Positions 1 to 10,273 are shown, counted from the stretch's first letter. The stretch: 64,000 bases of DNA from an uncultured delta proteobacterium (GCA_963778115.1 CAVZSV010000004.1:1408001-1472000), one strand, 5' to 3'. Notes: a model not told the origin generated them from the letters alone. Program-made: numbers and translations.

Positions 1-2613
1 ACCGTCTGGGAGTACGAGTTAGATTCAATCGTTGAAGACGATGCCCCTTTGATGCGTTTCCTCGTGGGGCAATGGGCTCATCCCAAAGCTTTCACATTAA
101 GAGAAAAGGCCGGACAGTTGCGCGCTAAATGTCTAGAGCCCGAATTGCGCGGTCTTGTGGGGCCCAGGGTTTCGTTACTGCCGCACCAACTCAATATTGC
201 TTCAGAGATCGCCCGTCGCCCCTTCCCGAGAGTTCTACTATCCGACGAAGTCGGACTGGGAAAGACGATCGAGGCCGGGCTTATTTTCTCCTCATTAAGA
301 TCGCTAGGTCGTGCCGACAGGGTACTTATCTTAGTTCCGGAAGCTTTGGAGCGACAGTGGCTAGCCGAAATGTATCGGAGGTTTCATGAGATGTTTACCC
401 TGGTCGATGAAGATCAAAGTCAGCAAGAGCAATTATCTCAAGGCCAGTCCACTTTTCAGATGAACCAAAAAATCATTTGTTCTCTTAGCTTTCTCCAAGA
501 AAATGCCGACCTTCTGGAGAAGGCTACGGAAGTGGAATGGGATCTTATTATCGTAGACGAGGCACACCGATTAGAATGGTCGAAGGAAAACCCCAGCATC
601 GCTTGGGAGATGGTTCGGCTACTTAGTTTGCACACGCGAGGGCTTCTGCTCCTTACCGCGACTCCACAACGGCAAGGAATCGAAACTCAGTTTGGTCTGC
701 TTCATTTAGTCGATCCCGATCGCTTTTCAGACATCTCTCGCTTTACCACGCAAATTAAAAAGATGCGATCCGTGGCCGATCTAGCCGCAAGAATCCAAAA
801 TGAGGAGCGGACCGAAGCTCTGACCAAGGATTTGAAAGCTCTCTTTTCAAATGACAAAGAATTGATGGAAGCCGTAGCTTCCTATTACCGGGGAGATTCC
901 AAAGAAGGCCTTCTACATCGTTTAGTGGATCGGCATGGCACGGGAAGAGTCTTAATCCGAAATCGCAGGAGTCGCATTCAAGGGTTTCCCGATCGCAAAC
1001 TAGTTTTGTTTCCGCTGGAAATGTCGCAGGCCTGGAAAGAATGGCTGGCTAAGATTTCACCTGAGAATCTAAAGGAGTCCCACTTGTTCGCATTAGCGTC
1101 AGGGATGGAAGGGATGCCTCCCAAAGCACCCCTTAAAGATTGGTTTCAGGGCAGAGCGCTTTGTCTGAAGAGTCTTTTGGAATCTTTAAAAGGGGAGAAA
1201 GTTCTCCTCATTTGCTCGCACGCCGCGCACGTTAGAGCTTTGCAACTTTGGCTGCGATCTGAAACTACCGTCAGAACCGCGATTTTCGATGAGACTTTAG
1301 AAACCCTTGAGAGAGACCGGCAAGCGGCGTGGTTTGCGCTACCTCAACCCGACGGAGCACAAGTCCTCTTAAGTAGTGAGATCGGCGGTGAAGGGCGCAA
1401 CTTCCAATTCTGTCATCATCTGTTCTTGTTTGATCTTCCTTTGCATCCCGACGTGCTCGAACAACGGATCGGGCGATTAGACAGGATAGGTCAGGCGGAA
1501 GAAGTTCGAATTTATGTCCCCTTTTTAAAAGATAGCCCTGAAGAAGTTCTTTCGCGCTGGTATGCCGAGGGGCTTAGCGCTTTCGCTCGCCCCTGGAACG
1601 GCGCCGATCTTGGTTCGGCCATTCAGAATAAACTCCAAGAGACGATCCGCGATTTTTTGCCCCGATCGTCTCTTTACGCCAAGAGATCCGACAAACTTAG
1701 GAGTTTCCTTAAAATGACTGACCAAGAGGTAGAAACACTGCGTGAAGAACAACAAAAGAGTGTAGACCTCTTGATAGACATCAATTCGTTTGATCCCGTT
1801 CGCGGTACTGCCCTTGCCAATCGAATCACCGCACAAGACAAAGAGCGAGAGCTCCCCGCATTCTTAGACAGCGCGTTCGATTATTTTGGTGTGGAGTCGG
1901 AGGTTTTAGATAATCAGGGAACTCTTAAGATCTCAGTTCATTCCATGACTCTGGTCGAAACCTTTCCTGGTATTAGCCAAGTAGGAGAATTGGTAGCCAC
2001 TTTCGATCGCAACTTAGCATTAGCTCGAGAAGAGTTAACGTTTTTGAATCTAGAAAGTGCGATAACTCAAGGAGCGCTTAGTCTGATTCTTGAAGGCGGT
2101 GTAGGTAAGATCTCAGCTGGAATTTGGGAAAATACCCTTCCGGAAAAAGAGCCCTATCTTTTCGAGCTTCTTTATCAGCTCCAAGCCATAGCGCCTGCTT
2201 ACCTTGAAGTGGAACGCGATCTTCCCGTAACGCAAATAAAACTATTAATAACGCCTTCGGGAAAGATCCTCACTTCGCAAAGAGAGATCTCGGATATGGA
2301 GTTAAAACCGATCTCTAATCAAAGAGCGTTAGCGATTCTAGAAGACATTCGCGATTCTCTGGGGAAAACTTTTGAGACTGCGGCGGAGCACGCTCGAACC
2401 AGAGCTTGCACTAAAATAAGCACGGCCACCCGGCACCGCAAGGAGCGTCTCGAACAGGAACGCGCCCGATTAAGACATCTCGCCCAAATCAATCCGCTTA
2501 TCACCGAAGAGGAGCTTAAAGCGCATGAGGTGCTTCAAAACGAGGGGCTCAAAGCTTTATCCGAATCCGAACCCCGTTTGGATGCCATTCGACTCCTCGT
2601 CAGCGAAAGCTAG
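1..2613 (+). CDS. rapA: RNA polymerase-associated SWI2/SNF2 helicase RapA (HepA), 5'-truncated by window edge
   Basis: Motifs LLPHQL, DEVGLGKT (Walker A), DEAH, LTATP, SEIGGEGRNFQ, LEQRIGRLDRIGQ and C-terminal RLDAIRL are typical of RapA. The frame is open from base 1. Confidence 0.92.
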   Translation, partial: TVWEYELDSIVEDDAPLMRFLVGQWAHPKAFTLREKAGQLRAKCLEPELRGLVGPRVSLLPHQLNIASEIARRPFPRVLLSDEVGLGKTIEAGLIFSSLRSLGRADRVLILVPEALERQWLAEMYRRFHEMFTLVDEDQSQQEQLSQGQSTFQMNQKIICSLSFLQENADLLEKATEVEWDLIIVDEAHRLEWSKENPSIAWEMVRLLSLHTRGLLLLTATPQRQGIETQFGLLHLVDPDRFSDISRFTTQIKKMRSVADLAARIQNEERTEALTKDLKALFSNDKELMEAVASYYRGDSKEGLLHRLVDRHGTGRVLIRNRRSRIQGFPDRKLVLFPLEMSQAWKEWLAKISPENLKESHLFALASGMEGMPPKAPLKDWFQGRALCLKSLLESLKGEKVLLICSHAAHVRALQLWLRSETTVRTAIFDETLETLERDRQAAWFALPQPDGAQVLLSSEIGGEGRNFQFCHHLFLFDLPLHPDVLEQRIGRLDRIGQAEEVRIYVPFLKDSPEEVLSRWYAEGLSAFARPWNGADLGSAIQNKLQETIRDFLPRSSLYAKRSDKLRSFLKMTDQEVETLREEQQKSVDLLIDINSFDPVRGTALANRITAQDKERELPAFLDSAFDYFGVESEVLDNQGTLKISVHSMTLVETFPGISQVGELVATFDRNLALAREELTFLNLESAITQGALSLILEGGVGKISAGIWENTLPEKEPYLFELLYQLQAIAPAYLEVERDLPVTQIKLLITPSGKILTSQREISDMELKPISNQRALAILEDIRDSLGKTFETAAEHARTRACTKISTATRHRKERLEQERARLRHLAQINPLITEEELKAHEVLQNEGLKALSESEPRLDAIRLLVSES

Positions 2614-2614
2614 C

Positions 2615-2643
2615 TACAGGAAGGTAGGCCATACCTTCCTGTA
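2615..2643. repeat. Hairpin TACAGGAAGGTA-GGCCA-TACCTTCCTGTA (terminator/REP-like; same core as 47554-47611)
   Basis: Perfect 12-bp inverted repeat right after the rapA stop, followed by TTT. Confidence 0.75.
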
Positions 2644-2730
2644 TTTCGAATATTGACGCAAAGAGTCAATTGGGGGTAAGTTCCCCCGCTGCAAACAGAA
2701 AACGTTCTTTTTACCCAAAGGTGTTGTCTC

Positions 2731-3516
2731 ATGTGCTATGCGCTGGCTGGGTCCGTGCGTCGAATGGTATTCTCGCTCCTTTTCTTAGCCTTGGGTGTGG
2801 CTGGTCCACAGAGTCCGGCCCAGGAGGATCCTGCCGATTTCGTGACCCGGGCCTGTTCGCGTTAAAGCCTTCCTGGATTTAATACTTATCTCTTTGCTGG
2901 CGATTCAATGAGAGCAGCCTCTTACCGCGCCATATGTACCAGAAGTTTTAGCCCACTGGACATTCCTCCTCCCCAAAATTCAGAGGGATGGTCCGTCGAT
3001 GTCTTTGCCACAAACTGGAGGATGAGCGCATCTACTTTTTTTCGGCGCTTAGCTCCCTTTAAAGAACTGGACGCTACTTTGAAAGATCATCTCCTATGAC
3101 GAACTCCTTTCTCGGACGCCGAAGAAAGGGCAACACTTGTGAAACAGATTAGTGAGTTACTGGGGTATGATTTGATAACGCCAGACCGCGCTAGAGAACT
3201 GGCCCAATGGCTAAGACAGCAAGCCGCTGACGAAATAGCCGAATCAAGACGGCAGCGCGAGGCAGCCAAAGCCGCGGCTATTCAAGCAGAGCGAGACCGA
3301 ATAGAAGCGGAGCGACAGGCGGCAATTACTCGACAGAAAGAGGCTCAAGAGGAGAGAGAAAGACTCGCCCAGGCCGAGATCACGCGACAACGGGAGGCTA
3401 TAGAGAATCGGAATAGGCTCGCGAGAGAAGCGTGGGAGAAAAAAGAAAGAGAGAGATACGACGAGTTAATCCGAAAAACGGATCTATTAGTGGAAAGATT
3501 AAGAGGGGGAAGGTGA
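2731..3516 (+). pseudogene. Secreted coiled-coil protein interrupted by two in-frame stops
   Basis: ATG 2731 gives a signal-peptide-like start (RRMVFSLLFLALGVAG). One frame runs through TAA 2863-2865 and TGA 3097-3099 and joins ORFs 2908-3099 and 3139-3516. The C-terminus is E/R/Q/A-rich. Confidence 0.6.
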
Positions 3517-3520
3517 ATGA

Positions 3521-3558
3521 GGATTAAGGATTAATCCCTGAAGATTAATCCTTAATCC
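3521..3558. terminator. Hairpin between convergent genes
   Basis: GGATTAAGGATTAATC-CCTGAA-GATTAATCCTTAATCC, a perfect 16-bp stem. Confidence 0.6.
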
Positions 3559-3573
3559 ATAAACCGTAATCCC

Positions 3574-4152
3574 CTAATCTTTAGACGGAGGCGGCACCAC
3601 CACGTTCTCCGGAGGAGTTGACGTGGGTGTCAGTACATCCGCGAAATAACAATACACGGGAGAGGAGTAGTCGGAATCATATTCCACTAGCACAAAAGTG
3701 GGCATTCCACTGGCGCCTTGGGTTTCAACCATCTGGAAATTGATATTCGAGTCACCTTCCGACATGGTAATCGCCCACCCGGCGGCATTCGCGTTTGCAC
3801 TTACTGTCGAAGTCATTTTTCCTTCATGGATCGCGTCAAGCGCTCGCTGCTGAACATTTCCATAGGTCAGCTCCGATACCTCTAGCTTGGTAAAAGGAAC
3901 CATGTAGAAAAGATTTCCCAGGGCCTCATCTCTTTCGCTATGAAAGAAAATTGCACCTGGCCGAAACGTCATCGGGTTACTGGGGTCGACACATTTCCCA
4001 GCCACCGCTTCGTCGTTCTTTACATCGGCAACTTTGGGATTTCCTCCCTGCGAATAGAGGTTCTGCATTTTGGTGTAAATGCTGTCCGCCTTTGCGTCCC
4101 CACTAGAATAGGCAACGAGAAAGGCTAGGACACTTAGTAAAAAGTGTTTCAT
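3574..4152 (-). CDS. Secreted hypothetical protein (paralog of 4184-4759)
   Basis: Signal peptide MKHFLLSVLAFLVA...AKA. Shares GKCV, YCY and VVPPP motifs with its neighbour. Confidence 0.75.
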   Translation of the reverse strand: MKHFLLSVLAFLVAYSSGDAKADSIYTKMQNLYSQGGNPKVADVKNDEAVAGKCVDPSNPMTFRPGAIFFHSERDEALGNLFYMVPFTKLEVSELTYGNVQQRALDAIHEGKMTSTVSANANAAGWAITMSEGDSNINFQMVETQGASGMPTFVLVEYDSDYSSPVYCYFADVLTPTSTPPENVVVPPPSKD

Positions 4153-4183
4153 AAGAAAATCCTTTCCATTCAATAATTGGGAC

Positions 4184-4759
4184 TCACTGGGGCGGCGGCG
4201 GAACGACCGTTCCCCCGGCGTTCAATCCGCTGAATGCACCTTGATAGTAGTAACAATAGCTTACTGTCTCAGCGTTGAGTGCCACTCGTAGAAAAAACGC
4301 GGTGGCTCCGGCCTGAGTGGTTCCTTGACGCAGAAAATAGGTAAACCGTTTATCTTGAGATCCGGCTTCCGTTCTCCAGGCATTTTCTAAAGAATCGAGA
4401 ATAACGACACTATTAATATCATCGTGATTGAGCCGGCGAAGAGCCTGTTCCTGTATTTCCTCATTGGAAGGAGAATCTCCGACATGAAATACAGGAATCA
4501 TGAAAAACCTAGAACCCAACACGGGATCTTGATCAACGTGAAAAAGAATCGCGGAATCGGAACGTTCGTTAGAGCCCGTCTCCTCTTCTCGTACTCCGAC
4601 GCATTTGCCTCCCCAAATGGACTCGGCATGGAGTGTCTGTGAGTTCGGCACGGCTGCCGCTTCATAGAGAGACTGAGTTTCTGAAAAGAGTGTGTTCTCC
4701 GCGAACACTGACGTTGACGCTAAAAAGAGCGCTGCTAATACCCATTTTGACATTTTCAT
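4184..4759 (-). CDS. Secreted hypothetical protein (paralog of 3574-4152)
   Basis: GGGGA RBS before MKMSKWVLAALFLASTSVFA signal peptide. Start refined from the ORF track. Confidence 0.75.
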   Translation of the reverse strand: MKMSKWVLAALFLASTSVFAENTLFSETQSLYEAAAVPNSQTLHAESIWGGKCVGVREEETGSNERSDSAILFHVDQDPVLGSRFFMIPVFHVGDSPSNEEIQEQALRRLNHDDINSVVILDSLENAWRTEAGSQDKRFTYFLRQGTTQAGATAFFLRVALNAETVSYCYYYQGAFSGLNAGGTVVPPPPQ

Positions 4760-4829
4760 TCCCCCATTAAAAAACACCCAAGATGTCGCTTTGAACCTTC
4801 TCCGCGAACCCTTGTGAGAACAAGGACAG

Positions 4830-4845
4830 AGCAATTTTGATACCA
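4830..4845 (-). promoter_or_regulatory. sigma54 -24/-12 promoter motif
   Basis: Minus strand TGGTATCAAAATTGCT (GG-N10-GC). Confidence 0.6.
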
Positions 4846-5056
4846 AAGAGGTCTTGACGGAAACCGTGCGGGAACGAGACGAAAAAAAAAGATTTTGAAT
4901 TTTTTTCTCTAAAAAAAATTCAGGTTGGGTGCCACAACGGAACCTCGTTGACTCAAAGAGTCACGAAAAATATTTTCCCCCTCCATTATTTCTGAAAGGC
5001 TTCTTGGCTCTGGCTGAAAGTCGACTGAGCACCAGTTCCGAACTATAATTTAACCA

Positions 5057-6166
5057 GTGCCCAAACCGATGCCTTTGCTCCTTCTCCTTCTTAGTTTCGC
5101 ACAGGTTGCGTTTGGAATTCCCTGTCCTAAAGACCTTGCCTTACGAAACGATGGCCGTTGCCACTACTCTTTGATCTATCTCAACAATCAGCCTCAGACA
5201 GGACTTCAAAAGCCCTTTCCTTATTCTGACGAAGGGATAAACCCCGGAGCTATCAACCTGGGAAGACTTCTATTTTTTGATCCCATCCTTTCGCGAGACA
5301 AAAATCTTTCTTGCGCGCACTGCCACCAACCTTCCAAAGGATTCAGCGACGGATTGCCGCGAAGTCATGGTCGTAATGGAAACGATCTTTTACGAGGAGC
5401 CCCGACCCTTTGGAATGTAGCCTTTTCTCCAGCTCTTTTCTGGGATGGACGCTCCCACACGCTTGAGCAGCAGGCCGAAGGACCTCTCTACTCGCAAGAG
5501 GAGATGGGAATGAGTCCCTGGCTCGTGGAACAAAGGCTCAACGAGATTCCCGAATACCGCCGTCTTTTCCAGCAAGTATTCGATCAAACCTCAATCAAGT
5601 CTTCGCAAGTCATTAAAGCAATCGCTTCATTCGAACGCACTCTAATTTCATTTAATAGCCGTTACGATCATTATGTGTTCGGAGATTTTCAAGCGCTAAA
5701 CGGCCGGGAGGTCGAAGGGCTGAATGTATTTCGCTCTTTCGTCACCCGATGCACGGAATGTCATACGCCCCCTCTGTTTACCAACTATCAAGCGGCTATT
5801 TTGGGCGTTCCCGATCCCAACCATGATAAAGGCATGGGTAACTTTACAGGAAACACAAAACTCAATGGAGCGTTCCGTGTTCCCACACTTAGGAATATTG
5901 CACTGACAGCGCCTTATATGCACGACGGTATCTTTCCTACTTTAGAGAGCGTCATCGACTTTTACGATCAGGGCGGAGGAAGGCACTTAGAAAACCCATC
6001 GCCCTACATTCACTGGCACATTCGGGAGATGGGTCTTAGCGACGAAGAGAAGCGAGATCTGAGTCTGTTCCTTCAAACTCTGACAGATGAGAGCGATCTT
6101 CCAGAAATTCCGAATGAAGTGCCTTCTGGTCTCAAACCTTTGCAAAAGCCTTCGAATTCCGGCTGA
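5057..6166 (+). CDS. Di-heme cytochrome c peroxidase, MauG/BthA-like
   Basis: Signal peptide, LGRLLFFD, two CxxCH (CAHCH, CTECH), FWDGR, FRVPTLRN, TAPYMHDG, VIDFY. Confidence 0.9.
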   Translation: MPKPMPLLLLLLSFAQVAFGIPCPKDLALRNDGRCHYSLIYLNNQPQTGLQKPFPYSDEGINPGAINLGRLLFFDPILSRDKNLSCAHCHQPSKGFSDGLPRSHGRNGNDLLRGAPTLWNVAFSPALFWDGRSHTLEQQAEGPLYSQEEMGMSPWLVEQRLNEIPEYRRLFQQVFDQTSIKSSQVIKAIASFERTLISFNSRYDHYVFGDFQALNGREVEGLNVFRSFVTRCTECHTPPLFTNYQAAILGVPDPNHDKGMGNFTGNTKLNGAFRVPTLRNIALTAPYMHDGIFPTLESVIDFYDQGGGRHLENPSPYIHWHIREMGLSDEEKRDLSLFLQTLTDESDLPEIPNEVPSGLKPLQKPSNSG

Positions 6167-6187
6167 AACAAAACAGGAGCTCCTTTA

Positions 6188-7591
6188 ATGAACATAAAAA
6201 GTTCTCTCGCGTTAGTTCTTCTTTTTCCCCTTGCCCCATTAGCCATCGCAAAGACGGTCACCGTAACGGCCGGCAAGTCTATCCAAATGGCAGTTCAGTC
6301 GGCCTCTCCGGGCGATACGGTGGAAGTTCAGGCAGGCACCTATTACGAGAGTGTGGTGATTGAAAAACCGGGTATCAGATTGATTGGAAAGCCGGAAAAA
6401 GGAAAATGGCCGATTTTAGACGGAGACGGCAAACACAATGACGGCGTCATCGTATCGGGCTCCGGTTTTGAGATGGCCTACTTTCGAGTCCAAAACTATA
6501 AGGGCAACGGTGTCATGACCCAAGGGGCGGACGACATAAAGCTCCACCATCTAGTGGTAAACAATACGGGGATTTACGGCATCTATCCCACGCGAGGGAC
6601 AAAGGTTTTGGTGGAAGATACGGTAACCTGGGGAATCGCCGATGCCGCCATTTACGTCGGTATGTGCCAATACGTCGACGTTCGTCACAACGAGACTTTC
6701 AAAAACGTAGCCGGAATCGAAATTGAAAATTCGCACCATGTACTCGTCGAAGACAACAACGTTCACGACAATACGGGTGGTATTCTTGTCTTCACCTTGC
6801 CTGGACTCCCCGAAAAGTCCGGCTTTGATACGATCGTTCGCCGAAATATGGTAATAGAAAATAACCTAAAAAACTTTGGCGCCGAAGGCGCTATCGTGAG
6901 TCAAGTACCTCGAGGCAGCGGGATGATCGTCCTTGCCGGACACGGAGTGCAGTTTGAAAACAATATCGTTCGAGGAAACGAAACCGGAGGTTTGCTCTTT
7001 TCTGATTTGGACTTCGTCGCGGATTCCACCGCTCCCGATCCCGCTATTGATCCTCAGTTCTCTGATAATAAAGTTTTTAATAACCTCTTTTTAGATAATG
7101 GCGGCTCTCCCGATGGAAAAGTAAGACTTCTCTTGTTAGTAAATCATTTTGTCATTCACGGTTCGGATGTTCTGTCTTACGGAAAGGGAAGTAAAAACTG
7201 TATCGTCCCAGGTCTGGCAGCGACACAATTAGGAATGGAATCTTTTTCCGCGTGCCCTGAAAAAGCAACCACAGCCGCTACGGTAAGCATGCTTGCCCTA
7301 GCTCCTCATATTGACACTCATGCCGTAAAAGAGGAAAGCGGCGAACGAATTTTCAATGCGGTTTGTGCCGGCTGCCACGGACAGGGAATTCGCCTAATCG
7401 GGCCTCCGCTTGAAGAGATTCAAGCGAAATACCGATCTAACCCCGAGGGCATTGTCGAATTCGCCTACTATCCCACCAAGACGCGCAAAGGATATCCAGC
7501 CATGCCTGGGCAAAGCCATATTGGGAAATTAACGCTTCGGAAAGTTGCCGACTATATTCTTACGCTTAAGCCTCACAAAGCTTCAAAATGA
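6188..7591 (+). CDS. Secreted parallel beta-helix repeat protein with C-terminal cytochrome c domain
   Basis: SIQMAV..ASPGDTV..GTY, YGIYP, DAAIYVG, NVAGIEIENS, NTGGILVF. C-terminal CAGCH...IGP...AMP. Confidence 0.85.
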   Translation: MNIKSSLALVLLFPLAPLAIAKTVTVTAGKSIQMAVQSASPGDTVEVQAGTYYESVVIEKPGIRLIGKPEKGKWPILDGDGKHNDGVIVSGSGFEMAYFRVQNYKGNGVMTQGADDIKLHHLVVNNTGIYGIYPTRGTKVLVEDTVTWGIADAAIYVGMCQYVDVRHNETFKNVAGIEIENSHHVLVEDNNVHDNTGGILVFTLPGLPEKSGFDTIVRRNMVIENNLKNFGAEGAIVSQVPRGSGMIVLAGHGVQFENNIVRGNETGGLLFSDLDFVADSTAPDPAIDPQFSDNKVFNNLFLDNGGSPDGKVRLLLLVNHFVIHGSDVLSYGKGSKNCIVPGLAATQLGMESFSACPEKATTAATVSMLALAPHIDTHAVKEESGERIFNAVCAGCHGQGIRLIGPPLEEIQAKYRSNPEGIVEFAYYPTKTRKGYPAMPGQSHIGKLTLRKVADYILTLKPHKASK

Positions 7592-7635
7592 AAACGGCAC
7601 CCCCTAGGCATGCGCCACTTTGTTAGAATAGAAAA

Positions 7636-8484
7636 ATGTCAAAATCGCTTCGAGTTTGGTTTGGTCTTTTAGTTCTGACGCAGCTTTTCATAAACATCAA
7701 TGCTTCGGCCTTTTTTTGGGGATGGGGCTGGTTCCGACGATACCGAAGCTATGAACCTTTGCAAATGCGATCGGGGAGTTATTTCGGACGACCTCGCCCT
7801 TATTATCCGAACCGTTCTATTTTCGATGCTCCCCAGTATCCACAGGACACGCAGAAAGCTAATCCCAGCTCTCACGACGGAACCACTCCGGTACGCAGGC
7901 CTATTTCAGACCAAACTAGGACAAACTCGACTCCACCTGCTTTACCTGAAGGGATTACTCTAGACACTCCACTTCAAACGCTCTTGGATCGAAAAGATAT
8001 TCGCTTTGTTATCACCACGAAGAGAGCGATCCCTCAGCAGTGTGTTTTTGGTTCGGTAGGAACAGAATTTAATTATCAGAACGGAAGGCTCCAAGGAGTT
8101 AACGTCAGCGTAGACGGAAATTATCCGCTGGGGACCAGCTGCGAAGTGAAGATGAACGAGCTTTTTAGCGGAACCACGGGTCCGATTCACAAGTTTGGTT
8201 GTAATCTTTCTTCCTCGGTTTCCACTGAGTTCGTTCTCGATAGGCTTGGTTTCGCGGGAAAAGGCGGATTTAGCCTTCGCAATAAGAATTATGCGCCAGA
8301 AACCCCGGATGGCCGAGACCGGCTGCTCTCGAATGTGTTAGCTAAACGCGAACCAAAAGAGCACATCACTTTTCGGCGCGTGGAATGTCGCGATGGAACG
8401 CCCCCTCGCGATAGGAAAATGACTCTGAGAGATTTCATTCAAAACTTAGGGCCACTAATGGATCTCCAAATTACCTCGGGCTAG
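7636..8484 (+). CDS. Secreted hypothetical protein
   Basis: 282-aa ORF with signal peptide, an aromatic/Pro-rich N-region and several Cys. Confidence 0.6.
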   Translation: MSKSLRVWFGLLVLTQLFININASAFFWGWGWFRRYRSYEPLQMRSGSYFGRPRPYYPNRSIFDAPQYPQDTQKANPSSHDGTTPVRRPISDQTRTNSTPPALPEGITLDTPLQTLLDRKDIRFVITTKRAIPQQCVFGSVGTEFNYQNGRLQGVNVSVDGNYPLGTSCEVKMNELFSGTTGPIHKFGCNLSSSVSTEFVLDRLGFAGKGGFSLRNKNYAPETPDGRDRLLSNVLAKREPKEHITFRRVECRDGTPPRDRKMTLRDFIQNLGPLMDLQITSG

Positions 8485-8617
8485 CGATCTGAAATGAGGT
8501 TTCTTCTCACTGCTGTACGCAATAGAGTAGGCCGGCGAGCGTTATCCTCGGTGGTTACCCATGGTTCTAATGATGCATCAATCGTAGCCGTCCTTTATAG
8601 AACTATTTTGGCGAGTC

Positions 8618-9577
8618 CTAGATATCATAAAGAGGCTGTTTTCCCGGAGGTACCGGCACGAATTGCCTTATTTGAGGCACCGGGATTGTTTTTCGTTTTG
8701 CGTCTATTGCCCCTGCTGGGCCATTTCCATTTCGTTCATCTTCTAGCTCTTGGGAAAGTGCATTCCTCGCCTTAACTAAATTGATTAGCATCTCTTCTAA
8801 CGCAGCTGCCGTTTTCCTGACCGCGGGATCGGGATCACTCTTCTTGAGTTTTGCCAATGCCGCTTTGAAAATTACCGAATCTGGATTCACAAGATAGCTA
8901 AAGTCCTCATCATCAGGATCTTGATTTAGCCATTGAGACTTTCTAATTTTTTTCGGAAACTCCATCTTTCCAGCAACCAGCGTTTTCAGCGCCAGCAATC
9001 CACCGTGAGTATTAAATTGCAGGAGTATTGCCCTTCGCAATTTCGCATCAGGCGAAGTCATTAGGAGATCGATAAGATTTTCCGCAAATTCCGTAGCGTT
9101 TGGCGCTCGAATCCCCTTTGTTCCCGACGCCATTACCATACCCGACAGCGCCGCAAGCGCAATGGTTTGGCTCTCGGGGTGGGCGGGGTTCATAAGGATT
9201 GAAGTTAGTTTCTTGATGCCGTTTTGATCGCAATCCACAAACATACCCGCACTCATCGCGAGCGCTTCCGATATAGCAGGCTTACTGAGAAGCGTTCCCC
9301 CTTCTTCTAAACGAGCGAGTATCGATTCCCACGCCTTAAATTCTTCCGGAGTGCACTCTTTAGCAGTAGCTTCCGCTCTGGCGGGAGTCTCTGCGTTTGC
9401 CTCGGTCGTCGACTTGGGCAGTGGAGGAAGACCCACCTTCGCTCGGAGTGCGTTGTGACTGTCGGTTACCGTTGGCTTCATTATGTTATTAGTAGAAACA
9501 GCGTCATCAGCTGTGGTGACACCAGGATGGCAGAGAAGTGCAGCCGCAACGAAAACGTAACTTATGTGTTTTTTCAC
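8618..9577 (-). CDS. Secreted helical (HEAT-like) hypothetical protein
   Basis: Signal peptide; SPDAKLRRA and DPDPAVRKTAAAL HEAT-like segments; GGGGA RBS. Confidence 0.65.
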   Translation of the reverse strand: MKKHISYVFVAAALLCHPGVTTADDAVSTNNIMKPTVTDSHNALRAKVGLPPLPKSTTEANAETPARAEATAKECTPEEFKAWESILARLEEGGTLLSKPAISEALAMSAGMFVDCDQNGIKKLTSILMNPAHPESQTIALAALSGMVMASGTKGIRAPNATEFAENLIDLLMTSPDAKLRRAILLQFNTHGGLLALKTLVAGKMEFPKKIRKSQWLNQDPDDEDFSYLVNPDSVIFKAALAKLKKSDPDPAVRKTAAALEEMLINLVKARNALSQELEDERNGNGPAGAIDAKRKTIPVPQIRQFVPVPPGKQPLYDI

Positions 9578-9604
9578 AATTCCCCCGATTTCAGTGGCTT
9601 TAGC

Positions 9605-9620
9605 TGCAAATTGAATTCCA
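9605..9620 (-). promoter_or_regulatory. sigma54 -24/-12 promoter motif
   Basis: Minus strand TGGAATTCAATTTGCA. Confidence 0.55.
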
Positions 9621-9874
9621 CAGCGAAAAGATTGAGAAATTGCTCAGAGTGAGAACAAAGACACGGCATCTAAAGCTATCGACTTTCCACGAATGACCAA
9701 GAGTTGATCGCCGTAGACAACTAGAATAGTCTAATGGCAATCAAATGAACTCTGAGAAGCGCTACGCAAAGACTTCTTTCTTTCGCATATATGACAAATT
9801 CTCATCGAGAAATGTTTAGCGAATAAGGGGGAACGCATTTAGTCCGAGAAGAAGCCTGGAAATCACTTCGCGAT

Positions 9875-10243
9875 ATGATCATACAAAGAGACAACTATAC
9901 CGGAATCCCGATAAATACTACGCGACTGATTGAAAAAGCTTTTGCTTCGCTTTCCAATCTCGACGAAGAGACTTCGGTTAAGCTGCTCATCTGCCAGGAC
10001 TTTCTAAAAGATCTTACTTCCCATATACCCTTTCCCAGAGATGTCGTGAGTGTTGACGGATCCAAGTGGCTTAAGCACAGAGGCCCTGACTATTTTTGGC
10101 TCGATCCGGATTCCAAAACGCTACCAGGAGTGGCTCGGCGAATTCTGCGAAGCGGGGGAGACGGCAACCTACGTTCTTGCGCCGACAACATTTTATATAA
10201 TTTTAGTGGCAATGAAAAATTGGAAGGTACCGGCAAAAAATAG
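9875..10243 (+). CDS. Hypothetical protein
   Basis: 122-aa ORF filling the gap; no recognisable motif. Confidence 0.4.
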   Translation: MIIQRDNYTGIPINTTRLIEKAFASLSNLDEETSVKLLICQDFLKDLTSHIPFPRDVVSVDGSKWLKHRGPDYFWLDPDSKTLPGVARRILRSGGDGNLRSCADNILYNFSGNEKLEGTGKK

Positions 10244-10273
10244 AGATCCCCTGTACCTTAGTCTTTGTAGTTC

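Noticed and set aside
2863..3099. Alternative genetic code or stop read-through
   Set aside because: TAA and TGA terminate many well-conserved genes in the window at their expected ends.
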